Shown here: piece after piece, positions 12,468-26,928 of the stretch
Layout of the letters: every line of letters begins with the position of its first letter
Position numbering within the stretch: position 1 is the stretch's first letter
Origin: Macrostomum lignano
Lineage: Eukaryota
NCBI GenBank assembly: GCA_002269645.1
Contig: NIVC01003678.1
Location: 19,314 to 83,313 of the forward strand
Direction: 5' to 3'
DNA: 64,000 nt
Notes under the pieces: model-generated
Database searches by the model: none
Seen by the model: only the letters and a program-made list of their open reading frames with translations
Told to the model about the DNA's origin: nothing
Translations under genes and position numbers: made by a program

Positions 12468-13974
12468 AACAACAACAACAACAGAGTACGCTGTCAGTTC
12501 GCAAAAGCAGCGTCAGATGGCGCGCTTCGAAGCTTGGGCGCGAACAAAGGCCGCACCGCCGGCAGAGTCCGGGGCGCCGGCGTCAGCCAGCAGACAGTCG
12601 ACGTAGCGCCGAGTCCTCGCCTGTCCCCGCCGGTAGGGTGCCTTCAACGTAAGTAGGAGCACCTCCTGCACCGGCTCCGGACAGTAGGCCTCAGCGCGGA
12701 TGACGTGGCCTGCCAGCTGGAGTCGCCGACGGCGCAGCAGATCGCTAGGACGGGCCAGGCCGGCGCGATGATAGAGCGCCGTGTTGGTGACTCGCTCGTT
12801 GCCGATCTTGAAGGCGGCGCTCAGCAGGCCAGCGTGCGCCGCGTCGACTTGAGCCTCGAGCGAGTCTGTCAGCGTCCAGGTCTCGGCGTTGTATAACAGG
12901 ACGGTCTCGATCACCGCCTGGAACAGCGCCGCCCTGGAACAGCGGCGGTCCGGTAGGGCCTCGGACTGCAGGACTGACCTTATAGAACGAAAGGCAGCCC
13001 AGGCAAGTCCTCGGCGACGCCGCAGATCCTCGCGGACGTCGGGAACCAGACCGCCAAGGTAGACGAACTGCTGGCATCTTGGAAGCTCACTCGCCTGTCC
13101 GTTAGCGCCTCGGCAGAAGATTGCAGCCTCGGTGTCGTCCGGCACGCATAGCACGACGGTTTTCTGCGTGTTGACCACCAGGCCGACGCTCGCCGCAACG
13201 GCAACCAGCCTATCCAGCTGTCGTTGGGCGCCCTTGACGGTCGAGGACAGCAGGGCAAGGTCATCGGCGTAGCCAAGCACGCTGAGCCGTCTCTCCGGTT
13301 GGCGTCGACCCACGCGTCGCCGCAGCAGGAAGCCGTCGTCGTTGGAAGGCAGAGCAGTCCGTAGCACCCAGTCAAGCACCAGAATAAATAGGAACGGCGC
13401 TAGCGTATCTCCCCAGAGCACCCCGGAGGATGTCTCGAAGAAATCCGATAGGCCGTCCGGTGTTGAGACAGCAGCCGTCGTGCCGTGGTACAGCGCCATG
13501 ACAGCAGAAATCAGCAGCTCTGGCACGTTGTACGCACGGAGCACCTCTGGGAGCGCGTCCCTCACGACCGAGTCAAAGGCCTTCCTGAAATCGACGAAGA
13601 TCAGGATTAGGGTCAACTGGCGGATGTGCGCCTCCTCGATGACTCGCCGAAGAGCCAGGATCTGCGTCACTGTGCCGCGATGGGGCCGGAATCCGTTCTG
13701 CTCAGGCCGCAGGTAGGGGTCCAGCACAGGCTGTAACCGCGATAGCAGCATGTGGTTGAACAGCTTCGCGGCGCAGGACTGTAGGCAGATGCCTCGATGC
13801 TCCTCGAGCTTGGTGGTGCCCGGCTTCTTTGGAATGGCGACGATGTGCGCCGTGGTCCATTCGTTTGGCGCCACCTCACCGGAAAGCACGCGGTTCATCA
13901 CTCTGGCGACCTCAGTGGCCACGCAGTGGATCCGCAGCGCCTCGGTGGGTAGTGACGAGCGCCTCGGTGGGTAG
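12468..13974 (-). mobile_element. 5'-truncated RTE-like non-LTR retrotransposon (RT and C-terminus)
   Basis: RT motifs PKK, QNGFRP, FVDFRKAFDS, GVLWGD (Q>W), YADD; short (TTG)5 3' tail at 12468-12482; endonuclease absent. Confidence 0.95.
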
Positions 13975-14351
13975 CAATATATGTTGCACATCTACACATT
14001 TTACATGTACCAAGAAGGACCAATCTGTAGTAACTGCAGGATCGACGTACGTAAAACTCAAAGATCGTGTAAATTTTTACGAGGTTGATAATCCGGGAAA
14101 AAACACTGTGGAGACGACAGGAAAAATCAATTTTTTCATCCCAAAATCTATGATTGAATTTGATCTGAGGCAGTGAATATTAATTACCATTTTAGCGTGC
14201 ACATGTTGATATAGTTGTGCAGTGTGAGAAGTTTCATTTTTATATTTTTTCATCGCCCAAGCCAAGTTGAGGATACGATCACAAGTGAAATTTTTGTTTT
14301 GTTCCTCAAGAAGCATGCAGCAAAACTTAAAAATGAAACTTTCAGTCTACA

Positions 14352-14822
14352 CAACAACAACAACATGAAACAACAACAACAACAATAACAACAACAACAA
14401 CAAAGTCTATTTGTCAGCCAAGTCAAGCGTCTCGGGATGATGTGACCTACTACTAGTTGCTAGCTGGAGTCGCCGACGGCGCAACAGGCCGGTGCGGCGA
14501 TGGAGTGCCGCATTGGTGATATGCTCGTAGCCGATCTATAGGCGGCGCGCAGCAGGCCAGCGTACGCCGCATCGACCTTGCTGTTCGAACGCATCCGTCA
14601 GCGTTCCAAGGTCTCGTCGTTATACAACAGGACGGTCTCGATCACCGCCTGGAACAACGCCGCTCTCTGGCGGTCAGGCAGGACCTCGGACTGCAAGCCG
14701 TCCGGAACGGAAGGCAGGCCAGGAAATTCTACGCGGCGACGACGTCGCAAGTCCTCACGAACATCTGCTGGCCCCAGACCGCCGAGGTAGACGAACTGCT
14801 GACAGCGCGAAAGCTCGTCACT
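14352..14822 (-). mobile_element. Second, diverged RTE-like 3' fragment
   Basis: 14460-14820 visibly similar to 12713-13090; longer (TTG)n tail at 14352-14403. Confidence 0.85.
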
Positions 14823-16302
14823 ACAAAACTATATAATATACAAACATTAACATGTCGTGAAATATGTTAAATTAAAGAAATGGTCATATCCTCAATCCTC
14901 GATCCTCAATTGCAATCATTGGTTTTGTGATTAACATTTTTTCCTATCTTCAGAGTATATTTTTCCAGTAAACCGTCTTAAAACTTTACACGATATTCGA
15001 GTTACGTCCTGTTATGCTACAGTGAGTGCTCCTTGAGTGTTACACGTGCACATGTGTAAAGTCCACCGCGAGACAGAAGCAGCCAGGGTAAGGGGAGCTG
15101 CAACTCCCAATATATAGGCTGATAAAAATTATGGCGCCCATTCACGACATCTGCAGGTGCTGGTCGCACCCCCGTGTTGACGATCTCGATACTTTATTTA
15201 ATTTAACGTACATATGGAAGATGTGTACAGATGCTATGGCTGCTGTCATGCTCTTCCACTGACTACATCGTCTGTTTTTTTGTTTAAATACTGTACATAT
15301 TTATTTTTGTTAGACGTGAATGTGATATAATTTACATTTCAGTACATGTCAATGAAACAAAAACACACAATATATCTGCAGTTTCACAAAACCGCGGCCG
15401 GATTTGCAGGTAAAATTGAGAATAATAAATTTTAAAGAAGGATTAAGCTACTTTAGAAATTTCAGGCTCAAATATATCACTCTGTTAAACATCGATTCCA
15501 TGATTTAATGTACGGTGTGTGCAAAAATGTCAAGTTCCCTTTTTAATTGTTCTGCATTTTTGTAAATTGAACCAAACAGAGCTGAGAGAAGATTTTGATT
15601 GTACTTCAAAAGCAAATCTTTTCTTGGAATGCAATGTACAGGCGCTCTTATCTAAAGAAATGGCGCTGCATATATTTGATCAAAATTAATTTATACACAA
15701 GATTAACAACACGTATACTCTACTTACAGTAATACGGTATGAAAATCTGCAAAGCTTACACAGTTTTGGCAGTACAAAAATTACAAAATTTGCGAAAAAT
15801 ATCTTTAGTTGTAGATTAATTTTTACTCTCAATTCACTAGCTATTATCTGGAGATTTAATCTCTGGGGATTAACTCTCAGTGGCTCAGGGAGCCTAAAAT
15901 ATGAGATTGGAGGCAATCCAAAACGACATTAACTGACACAGTTAGCTACATAGTAAAAAATAGACATGCGTAGCAACATGTAACGCTTCATAAGTATGTA
16001 AATTGATTTGAAGGCCGATCGATTTCTTTGAGAAAAGCTATCGTTTCACAAGTTATGAAACCGCCATCCATAGTTACAGGCCAATAAAATTTAGATAGTT
16101 TGGGTCATATACAACGGTTTAAAACTCGTCCTAAATTATTAAAAATGACTTTGAGAAGTTACGGAAGGTCATTTCAACCAGGTACTGATCTTACTAATGC
16201 ATTTTGTAGTCAAAAATCGGCCTTCAAATATTTACTATGAATTAAGAAATGTAGTCGAGTGTTAAAAATTACTAAAAATAGTAGTAGTAGTCTTTAAAGA
16301 AA

Positions 16303-16464
16303 TCAACTATCATTCGAACCTGTGAGTTTGCCAGCTGGACTTGCAACAATGTGAATACCGTGTTCCTGAAGCACCTGCTCCACAATCACGTGATTGTTGG
16401 CTCGGGTGCTCACAATGCGCTCTGGCAGGTCGCCTCCTATACCGGCTGATGTGCGGCTGCCAAA
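16303..16464 (-). CDS. EEIG1: Probable terminal exon of the EEIG1/FAM102-like gene
   Basis: TTGCAG acceptor in phase 0; STRANNHVIVEQVLQEH resembles the FAM102 C-terminal TRxDAxxIVEKIxQ motif as recalled; stop at 16303-16305. Confidence 0.55.
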   Translation of the reverse strand, partial: FGSRTSAGIGGDLPERIVSTRANNHVIVEQVLQEHGIHIVASPAGKLTGSNDS

Positions 16465-16504
16465 CTGCAAAGTTGAGAACTTCTTTTTTATAAATTTTAT
16501 AAAA

Positions 16505-19500
16505 TACACATCGCACTTTGTGACAGGTACTGAGAGACTACATGGCACTCTGTGACAGGCACACTGAGAGGCTGAATCACACTCTGTGACAGGCACACTG
16601 AGAGGCTGAATCACACTCTGTGACAGGCACACTGAGAGACTGAATCACACTCTGTGACAGGCACACTGAGAGGCTGAATCACACTCTGTGACAGGCACAC
16701 TGAGAGGCTGAATCACACTCTGTGGCAGGCACACTGAGAGGGCTGAATCACACTCTGGACAGGCACACTGAGAGGCTGAATCACACTCTGGACAGGCACA
16801 CTGAGAGGCTGAATCACACTCTGTGACAGGCACACTGAGAGGCTGAATCACACTCTGGACAGGCACACTGAGAGGCTGAATCACACTCTGTGACAGGCAC
16901 ACTGAGAGGGCTGAATCACACTCTGGACAGGCACACTGAGAGGCTGAATCACACTCTGTGACAGGCACACTGAGAGGCTGAATCACACTCTGTGACAGGC
17001 ACACTGAGAGGCTGAATCACACCACTCTGGACAGGCACACTGAGAGGCTGAATCACACTCTGTGACAGGCACACTGAGAGGCTGAATCACACTCTGTGGC
17101 AGGCACACTGAGAGGGCTGAATCACACTCTGGACAGGCACACTGAGAGGCTGAATCACACTCTGTGAAAGGCACACTGAGAGGCTGAATCACACTCTGTG
17201 ACAGGCACACTGAGAGGCTGAATCACACCACTCTGGACAGGCACACTGAGAGGCTGAATCACACTCTGTGACAGGCACACTGAGAGGCTGAATCACACTC
17301 TGTGGCAGGCACACTGAGAGGGCTGAATCACACTCTGGACAGGCACACTGAGAGGCTGAATCACACTCTGTGGCAGGCACACTGAGAGGGCTGAATCACA
17401 CTCTGGACAGGCACACTGAGAGGCTGAATCACACTCTGTGACAGGCACACTGAGAGGCTGAATCACACTCTGTGGCAGGCACACTGAGAGGGCTGAATCA
17501 CACTCTGTGACAGGCACACTGAGAGGCTGAATCACACTCTGGACAGGCACACTGAGAGGCTGAATCACACTCTGGACAGGCACACTGACAGGCTGAATCA
17601 CACTCTGGACAGGCACACTGAGAGGCTGAATCACACTCTGTGACAGGCACACTGAGAGGCTGAATCACACTCTGTGGCAGGCACACTGAGAGGGCTGAAT
17701 CACACTCTGGACAGGCACACTGAGAGGCTGAATCACACTCTGGACAGGCACACTGACAGGCTGAATCACACTCTGGACAGGCACACTGAGAGGCTGAATC
17801 ACACTCTGTGACAGGCACACTGAGAGGCTGAATCACACTCTGTGGCAGGCACACTGAGAGGCTGAATCACACTCTGGACAGGCACACTGACAGGCTGAAT
17901 CGCACTTTGTGACAGGTACTGAGAGACTACATGGCACTCTGTGACAGGCACACTGAGAGGCTGAATCACACTCTGTGACAGGCACACTGAGAGGCTGAAT
18001 CACACTCTGTGACAGGCACACTGAGAGGCTGAATCACACTCTGTGACAGGCACACTGAGAGGCTGAATCACACTCTGTGACAGGCACACTGACAGGCTGA
18101 ATCACACTCTGTGACAGGCACACTGAGAGGCTGAATCACACTCTGGATAGGCACACTGAGAGGCTGAATCACACTCTGTGGCAGGCACACTGAGAGGGCT
18201 GAATCACACTCTGTGACAGGCACACTGAGAGGCTGAATCACACTCTGGACAGGCACACTGAGAGGCTGAATCACACTCTGTGACAGGCACACTGAGAGGC
18301 TGAATCACACTCTGGACAGGCACACTGAGAGGCTGAATCACACTCTGGACAGGCACACTGAGAGGCTGAATCACACTCTGTGACAGGCACACTGAGAGGC
18401 TGAATCACACTCTGTGACAGGCACACTGAGAGGCTGAATCACACTCTGTGACAGGCACACTGAGAGGCTGAATCACACTCTGTGACAGGCACACTGAGAG
18501 GCTGAATCACACTCTGGACAGGCACACTGAGAGGCTGAATCACACTCTGTGACAGGCACACTGAGAGGCTGAATCACACTCTGTGACAGGCACACTGAGA
18601 GGCTGAATCACACTCTGTGACAGGCACACTGAGAGGCTGAATCACACTCTGTGGCAGGCACACTGAGAGGGCTGAATCACACTCTGGACAGGCACACTGA
18701 GAGGCTGAATCACACTCTGGACAGGCACACTGAGAGGCTGAATCACACTCTGTGACAGGCACACTGAGAGGCTGAATCACACTCTGTGACAGGCACACTG
18801 AGAGGCTGAATCACACCACTCTGGACAGGCACACTGAGAGGCTGAATCACACTCTGTGACAGGCACACTGAGAGGCTGAATCACACTCTGTGGCAGGCAC
18901 ACTGAGAGGGCTGAATCACACTCTGGACAGGCACACTGAGAGGCTGAATCACACTCTGTGACAGGCACACTGAGAGGCTGAATCACACTCTGTGACAGGC
19001 ACACTGAGAGGCTGAATCACACCACTCTGGACAGGCACACTGAGAGGCTGAATCACACTCTGTGACAGGCACACTGAGAGGCTGAATCACACTCTGTGGC
19101 AGGCACACTGAGAGGGCTGAATCACACTCTGGACAGGCACACTGAGAGGCTGAATCACACTCTGTGGCAGGCACACTGAGAGGGCTGAATCACACTCTGG
19201 ACAGGCACACTGAGAGGCTGAATCACACTCTGTGACAGGCACACTGAGAGGCTGAATCACACTCTGTGGCAGGCACACTGAGAGGGCTGAATCACACTCT
19301 GGACAGGCACACTGAGAGGCTGAATCACACTCTGGACAGGCACACTGAGAGGCTGAATCACACTCTGGACAGGCACACTGACAGGCTGAATCACACTCTG
19401 GACAGGCACACTGAGAGGCTGAATCACACTCTGTGACAGGCACACTGAGAGGCTGAATCACACTCTGTGGCAGGCACACTGAGAGGGCTGAATCACACTC

Positions 19501-22135
19501 TGGACAGGCACACTGAGAGGCTGAATCACACTCTGGACAGGCACACTGACAGGCTGAATCACACTCTGGACAGGCACACTGAGAGGCTGAATCACACTCT
19601 GTGACAGGCACACTGAGAGGCTGAATCACACTCTGTGGCAGGCACACTGAGAGGCTGAATCACACTCTGGACAGGCACACTGAGAGGCTGAATCACACTC
19701 TGTGACAGGCACACTGAGAGGCTGAATCACACTCTGTGGCGGGCACACTGAGAGGCTGAATCACACTCTGGACAGGCACACTGACAGGCTGAATCGCACT
19801 TTGTGACAGGTACTGAGAGACTACATGGCACTCTGTGACAGGCACACTGAGAGGCTGAATCACACTCTGTGACAGGCACACTGAGAGGCTGAATCACACT
19901 CTGTGACAGGCACACTGAGAGGCTGAATCACACTCTGTGACAGGCACACTGAGAGGCTGAATCACACTCTGTGACAGGCACACTGACAGGCTGAATCACA
20001 CTCTGTGACAGGCACACTGAGAGGCTGAATCACACTCTGTGACAGGCACACTGAGAGGCTGAATCACACTCTGGACAGGCACACTGAGAGGCTGAATCAC
20101 ACTCTGTGACAGGCACACTGAGAGGCTGAATCACACTCTGTGACAGGCACACTGAGAGGCTGAATCACACTCTGTGACAGGCACACTGAGAGGCTGAATC
20201 ACACTCTGTGGCAGGCACACTGAGAGGGCTGAATCACACTCTGGACAGGCACACTGAGAGGCTGAATCACACTCTGGACAGGCACACTGAGAGGCTGAAT
20301 CACACTCTGTGACAGGCACACTGAGAGGCTGAATCACACTCTGGACAGGCACACTGAGAGGCTGAATCACACTCTGGACAGGCACACTGAGAGGCTGAAT
20401 CACACTCTGTGGCAGGCACACTGAGAGGGCTGAATCACACTCTGGACAGGCACACTGAGAGGCTGAATCACACTCTGGACAGGCACACTGAGAGGCTGAA
20501 TCACACTCTGTGACAGGCACACTGAGAGGCTGAATCACACTCTGTGACAGGCACACTGAGAGGCTGAATCACACCACTCTGGACAGGCACACTGAGAGGC
20601 TGAATCACACTCTGTGACAGGCACACTGAGAGGCTGAATCACACTCTGTGGCAGGCACACTGAGAGGGCTGAATCACACTCTGGACAGGCACACTGAGAG
20701 GCTGAATCACACTCTGTGACAGGCACACTGAGAGGCTGAATCACACTCTGTGACAGGCACACTGAGAGGCTGAATCACACCACTCTGGACAGGCACACTG
20801 AGAGGCTGAATCACACTCTGTGACAGGCACACTGAGAGGCTGAATCACACTCTGTGGCAGGCACACTGAGAGGGCTGAATCACACTCTGGACAGGCACAC
20901 TGAGAGGCTGAATCACACTCTGTGGCAGGCACACTGAGAGGGCTGAATCACACTCTGTGACAGGCACACTGAGAGGCTGAATCACACTCTGTGACAGGCA
21001 CACTGAGAGGCTGAATCACACTCTGTGACAGGCACACTGAGAGGGCTGAATCACACTCTGGACAGGCACACTGAGAGGCTGAATCACACTCTGGACAGGC
21101 ACACTGAGAGGCTGAATCACACTCTGGACAGGCACACTGACAGGCTGAATCACACTCTGGACAGGCACACTGAGAGGCTGAATCACACTCTGTGACAGGC
21201 ACACTGAGAGGCTGAATCACACTCTGTGGCAGGCACACTGAGAGGGCTGAATCACACTCTGGACAGGCACACTGAGAGGCTGAATCACACTCTGGACAGG
21301 CACACTGACAGGCTGAATCACACTCTGGACAGGCACACTGAGAGGCTGAATCACACTCTGTGACAGGCACACTGAGAGGCTGAATCACACTCTGTGGCAG
21401 GCACACTGAGAGGCTGAATCACACTCTGGACAGGCACACTGAGAGGCTGAATCACACTCTGGACAGGCACACTGACAGGCTGAATCACACTCTGGACAGG
21501 CACACTGAGAGGCTGAATCACACTCTGTGACAGGCATACTGAGAGGCTGAATCACACTCTGTGGCAGGCACACTGAGAGGCTGAATCACACTCTGGACAG
21601 GCACACTGAGAGGCTGAATCACACTCTGTGACAGGCACACTGAGAGGCTGAATCACACTCTGTGACAGGCACACTGAGAGACTGCATCACACTCTGAGAC
21701 AGGCACACTGAGAGACTGCATCACACTCTGAGACAGGCACACTGAGAGACTGCATCACACTCTGAGACAGGCACACTGAGAGACTGCATCACACTCTGTG
21801 ACAGGCACACTGAGAGGCTGCATCACACTCTGTGACAGGCACACTGAGAGGCTGAATCACACTCTGTGACAGGCACACTGAGAGGCTGAATCACACTCTG
21901 TGACAGGCACACTGAGAGACTGCATCACACTCTGTGACAGGCACACTGAGAGACTGCATCACACTCTGTGACAGGCACACTGAGAGGCTGCATCACACTC
22001 TGTGACAGGCACACTGAGAGGCTGCATCACACTCTGTGACAGGCACACTGAGAGGCTGCATCACACTCTGTGACAGGCACACTGAGAGGCTGCATCACAC
22101 TCTGTGACAGGCACACTGAGAGGCTGCATAACATT
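16505..22135. repeat. 5.6-kb satellite with a 34-bp unit (ACTGAGAGGCTGAATCACACTCTGTGACAGGCAC) and 32/35-bp variants
   Basis: Continuous tandem array with recurring variant units. Confidence 0.98.
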
Positions 22136-22149
22136 CTGAGACAACCTAC

Positions 22150-22200
22150 AGGAACTTTATCAACAAAAACTACATAAAAAGTGCTGTGGGTTGGTGATAT
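22150..22200 (-). CDS. EEIG1: Candidate 51-nt internal exon of the EEIG1-like gene (ISPTHSTFYVVFVDKVP)
   Basis: CTGCAG acceptor, GTAGGT donor, phase 0-0, compatible with both neighbouring exons. Confidence 0.4.
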
Positions 22201-22664
22201 CTGCAGCACTTTCAATACTCTTATTATTTTATGATCTGAATTTATTGAGTTCATTATTTTTACAATCAGCGTCTACTTTGTTTTATTAGCGCGTATACAA
22301 ATTTTTTATTACTAAATTGAATGCTGCGAAATCTATAGGCCATAAAACACCCACTTATTTGAGCATGATTTACAATTGTCTGATATAATACATATCTTAT
22401 TATACTATCGGAATACTTTTATAAGAAGGGAGAAGGGTAATATAGCAGCTTTACTCTAGCATTGTAATTTATATATATATATATATGAGCTCAGGCTAAC
22501 CGCTCACAATTCCCACAGTCTCCCATCTTCCCCGTCTAGCTTATAAGTAAAACCAAAATATGGCATATTTGAAGCCTGTATAAGTTTGCTCACACTGCAC
22601 TACTTTGCTCACACGCTCTGCACAGACGGGCGGAATTTGAAGAGCCAAGTCAGTAATTCACTCC

Positions 22665-24160
22665 CAGTGCCCCTCCCAGTGCCTCTCCCAGTGCCTCTTC
22701 CAGTGCCTCTCCCAGTGTCTTTCCCAGAGCCTCTCCCAGAGCCTCTCCCAGTGCCCCTCCCAGTGCCTCTCCCAGTGCCTCTTCCAGTGCCTTTCCCAGT
22801 GCCTCTCCCAGTGCCTTTCCCAGTGCCTCTCCCAGAGCCTCTCCCAGTGCCTCTCCCAGTGCCTTTCCCAGTGCCTCTCCCAGTGCCTCTCCCAGTGCCT
22901 TTCCCAGTGCCTCTCCCAGTGCCTTTCCCAGTGCCTCTCCCAGTGCCTCTCCCAGTGTCTCTCCCAGTGCCTCTCCCAGTGCCTCTCCCAGTGCCTCTCC
23001 CAGTGCCTCTCCCAGTGCCTCTCCCAGTGTCTCTCCCAGTGCCTCTCCCAGTGCCTCTCCCAGTGCCTCTCCCAGTGCCTTTCCCAGTGCCTCTCCCAGT
23101 GCCTCTCCCAGTGCCTCTCCCAGTGCCTTTCCCAGTGCCTCTCCCAGTGCCTCTCCCAGTGTCTCTCCCAGTGCCTCTCCCAGTGCCTCTCCCAGTGCCT
23201 CTCCCAGTGCCTTTCCCAGTGCCTCTCCAGTGCCTCTCCCAGTGCCTCTCCCAGTGCCTTTCCCAGTGCCTCTCCCAGTGCCTCTCCAGTGTCTCTCCCA
23301 GTGCCTCTCCCAGTGCCTCTCCCAGTGCCTCTCCCAGTGCCTTTCCCAGTGCCTCTCCCAGTGCCTCTCCCAGTGCCTTTCCCAGTGCCTCTCCCAGTGC
23401 CTCTCCCAGTGCCTCTCCCAGTGCCTTTCCCAGTGCCTCTCCCAGTGCCTTTCCCAGTGCCTCTCCCAGTGCCTTTCCCAGTGCCTCTCCCAGTGCCTCT
23501 CCCAGTGTCTCTCCCAGTGCCTCTCCCAGTGTCTCTCCCAGTGCCTTTTCCAGTGCCTCTCCCAGTGCCTCTCCCAGTGCCTTTCCCAGTGCCTCTCCCA
23601 GTGCCTTTCCCAGTGCCTCTCCCAGTGCCTTTCCCAGTGCCTCTCCCAGTGCCTCTCCCAGTGTCTCTCCCAGTGCCTCTCCCAGTGCCTCTCCCAGTGC
23701 CTCTCCCAGTGCCTCTCCTAGTGCCTCTCCCAGTGCCTCTCTCATTGCCTCTCCCAGTGCCTCTCCCAGTGCCTCTCCTAGTGCCTCTCCCAGTGCCTCT
23801 CCCAGTGCCTCTCCCAGTGCCTCTTCCATTGCCTCTCCCAGTGCCTCTTCCATTGCCTCTCCCAGTGCCTCTCCCAGTGCCTCTCCTAGTGCCTCTCCCA
23901 GTGCCCCTCCCAGTGCCTTTCCCATTGCCTCTCCCAGTGTCTCTCTCAGTGCCTTTTCCAGTGCCTCTCCCAGTGCCTCTCCCAGTGCCTCTCCCGGTGC
24001 CTCTTCAGTGCCTCTCCCAGTGCCTCTCCCGGTGCCTCTTCAGTGCCTCTCCTAGTGCCTCTCCCAGTGCCTCTTCCGGTGCCTCTCCCAGTGCCTCTCC
24101 CGGTGCCTCTTCAGTGCCTCTCCCAGTGCCTCTCCCAGTGCCTCTCCTGGTGCCTTTCCC
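22665..24160. repeat. 12-bp minisatellite (CCCAGTGCCTCT)
   Basis: Tandem array; source of the spurious VPLP/SPSA ORFs. Confidence 0.98.
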
Positions 24161-24629
24161 AGGACCTCCCACATGCGAATGTTCGTCAGCTCGCCAACAA
24201 ACACAATTCTTCATCATTTGGCATGCAGAGAGCCTGTGTCTGAGCTGCCACGCAGTCTCTTGAGGGCTCACGGTCGTCCAAGAATATTATATAAGCAACA
24301 CGCGACCTTGGCACTCACTGCGTATTGCAAAAGAGAAATTGGGAGACAGAGAGAAGGGTGCATTAATTATTCGTAAGCTGACCATTTGCAGCCCTATATG
24401 GATTCGTGCACTGCATCTTTAGGATTAAGCTAATGATAGCATTTTGTTGCGGAGGCTGACCCTTGTCAATATTATCAAGGAGGGAGCAGCCTTGGGGACT
24501 CTCTCCGATTTTGGCTTCCGTGCTGCTGTACTTTTAGTTTAATAGCATGCGAGCTTAGGGACTTCCGGTATTTTTCCATTGCAGCCAATGGCGCGTTTAT
24601 GGTGAATTTCACGGACTCATTAATCTTCA

Positions 24630-25480
24630 GTTTCAATCGGTCATAATCCTTCAATCAAATCGGTCATAACTCACCAATAAAACCGGTCATAATTCCCCAA
24701 TCAAATCGGTCATAATTCCGAGTCAAATCGGTCATAATTCCCCAATCAAATCGGTCATAATTCCGAGTCGAATCGGTCATAATTCCCCTATCAAATCGGT
24801 CATAATTCCCCAATTGAAATCGGTCATAATTCCCCAATCAAATCGGTCATAATTCCGAGTCGAATCGGTCATAAATCCCCTATCAAATCGGTCATAATTC
24901 CCCAATTGAAATCGGTCATAATTCCCCAATCAAATCGGTCATATTCCCCAATCAAATCGGTCATAATTCCCCAATTGAAATCGGTCATAATTCCCCAATC
25001 AAATCGGTCATATTCCCCAATCAAATCGGTCATAATTCCCCAATTGAAATCGGTCATAATTCCCCAATCAAATCGGTCATAATTCCCCAATTGAAATCGG
25101 TCATAATTTCCCAATTGAAATCGGTCATAATTCCCCAATCAAATCGGTCATATTCCCCAATCAAATCAGTCATAATTCCTAGTCAAATCGGTCATAATTC
25201 CCCAATCAAATCGGTCATAATTCCGAGTCGAATCGGTAATAATTCCCCAATCAAATCGGTCATAATTCCGAGTCGAATCGGTCATAATTCCCCAATCAAA
25301 TCGGTCATAATTCCGAGTCGAATCGGTCATAATTCCCCTATCAAATCGGTCATAATTCCCCAATTGAAATCGGTCATAATTCCCCAATCAAATCGGTCAT
25401 AATTCCCCTATCAAATCGGTCATAATTCCGAGTCAAATCGGTCATAATTTCCCAATTGAAATCAGTCATAACTTCCATAG
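24630..25480. repeat. ~20-bp minisatellite (AAATCGGTCATAATTCCCCAAT-like)
   Basis: Tandem array. Confidence 0.95.
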
Positions 25481-26199
25481 TTCTCCAATTCAAATCGGTA
25501 GAACCACATGACCTACACGACTCACGCTAGCTAGTACCACAAGCCAATGTTTTATAGTACAAAATGTACTCTATCTCACGCCCCAACCCGATTCCCTGCT
25601 GTCACTGGGCAGAGCCTTCCGCAGTATTACCTATGGGAACGAGGTGGAAAGCGGAAATTAAAATCCTACATTTAACTCCCAATCCGACAAGTCAGCAAAT
25701 TTTTGCACTTTAAAAGAAGCAGCTTGCAAAATCGATTGCTTCAAAACTTGTTGACGGGAGGACAAAGTTAATTAACGGGTGAGCATGGACTCCAGGCTCT
25801 GCAGATCAGCTGCCCAGAGTTTAATCCAAACACAAGTTCAGTTTCTGTCTTTAACTAAACATTTAGACAGAGGAAGCTGCGGTTGCTATGGTTACCACTG
25901 TTTGCGCAAACGCGATTTTAGCCAAACCAAGAGTAAAATACCTCAATTTTATTAAATTAAAGGTCAAGTAGGAATCATAGAACACCGATTTGGAATTATT
26001 TAGATGAAAGGGTCAAAGCTGGAACACTGAAAACGGAGCCGTAGGACTGACCAGTAAAAGTACAACTTTTCGACGCAGAACTTGGGAGTTGAATAAATTT
26101 AAGGACTGGACTCGTGATACTGGGGTGGCAAAATTGAGAGCAAATACGTTTTTTGATACTCGACAAAAGTGCAAACAGACAGGCAGGAATACTGAGAGG

Positions 26200-26288
26200 C
26201 GGATAGACAGACAGGCAGACAGGCAGACAGGCAGACAGACAGACAGGCAGACAGGCAGACAGGCAGACAGGCAAACAGGCAGACAGGC

Positions 26289-26321
<33 letters not shown>

Positions 26322-26324
26322 GTC

Positions 26325-26389
<65 letters not shown>

Positions 26390-26480
26390 GGCAGGCAGAC
26401 AGGCAGACAGACAGACAGGCAGACAGGCAGACAGGCAGACAGACAGACAGACAGACAGACAGGCAGACAGACAGACAGGC

Positions 26481-26513
<33 letters not shown>

Positions 26514-26628
26514 GGCAGACAGGCAGACAGGCAGACAGGCAGACAGGCAGACAGACAGGCAGACAGGCAGACAGGCAGACAGACAGACAGACAGGCAGAC
26601 AGGCAGACAGGCAGACAGGCAGACAGGC

Positions 26629-26661
<33 letters not shown>

Positions 26662-26785
26662 GGAAGACAGGCAGACAGGCAGACAGACAGACAGACAGAC
26701 AGACAAGCAGACAGGCAGACAGACAGACAGACAGACAGACAGGCAGACAGGCAGACAGACAGACAGACAGACAGGCAGACAGGCA
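26200..26785. repeat. (CAGA/CAGG)n microsatellite
   Basis: Directly visible. Confidence 0.98.
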
Positions 26786-26792
26786 GTCTTAC

Positions 26793-26928
26793 TCTCTTCC
26801 TGTCCGCAGTCAGGACAGGCAGGCAGCCGCCAGTCTCCGCTGAGGCTGGCGAAGAGCCGCAGGCCGAGGCCGCCGCAGCAGCGATGGAGGCGGCGAAGGA
26901 GGCTGAGCCTGGAGCGGCAGTAATTTGT
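26793..26928 (-). CDS. EEIG1: Candidate internal exon of the EEIG1-like gene (QITAAPGSASFAASIAAAAAS...DRKR)
   Basis: TTTTGAAATTTTCAG acceptor, GTAAGA donor; phase 2 in matches exon 1, phase 0 out. Confidence 0.55.

Noticed and set aside
25880-25896. RFX X-box-like motif GTTGCTATGGTTAC
   Set aside because: Imperfect match, intronic, with no supporting promoter context.
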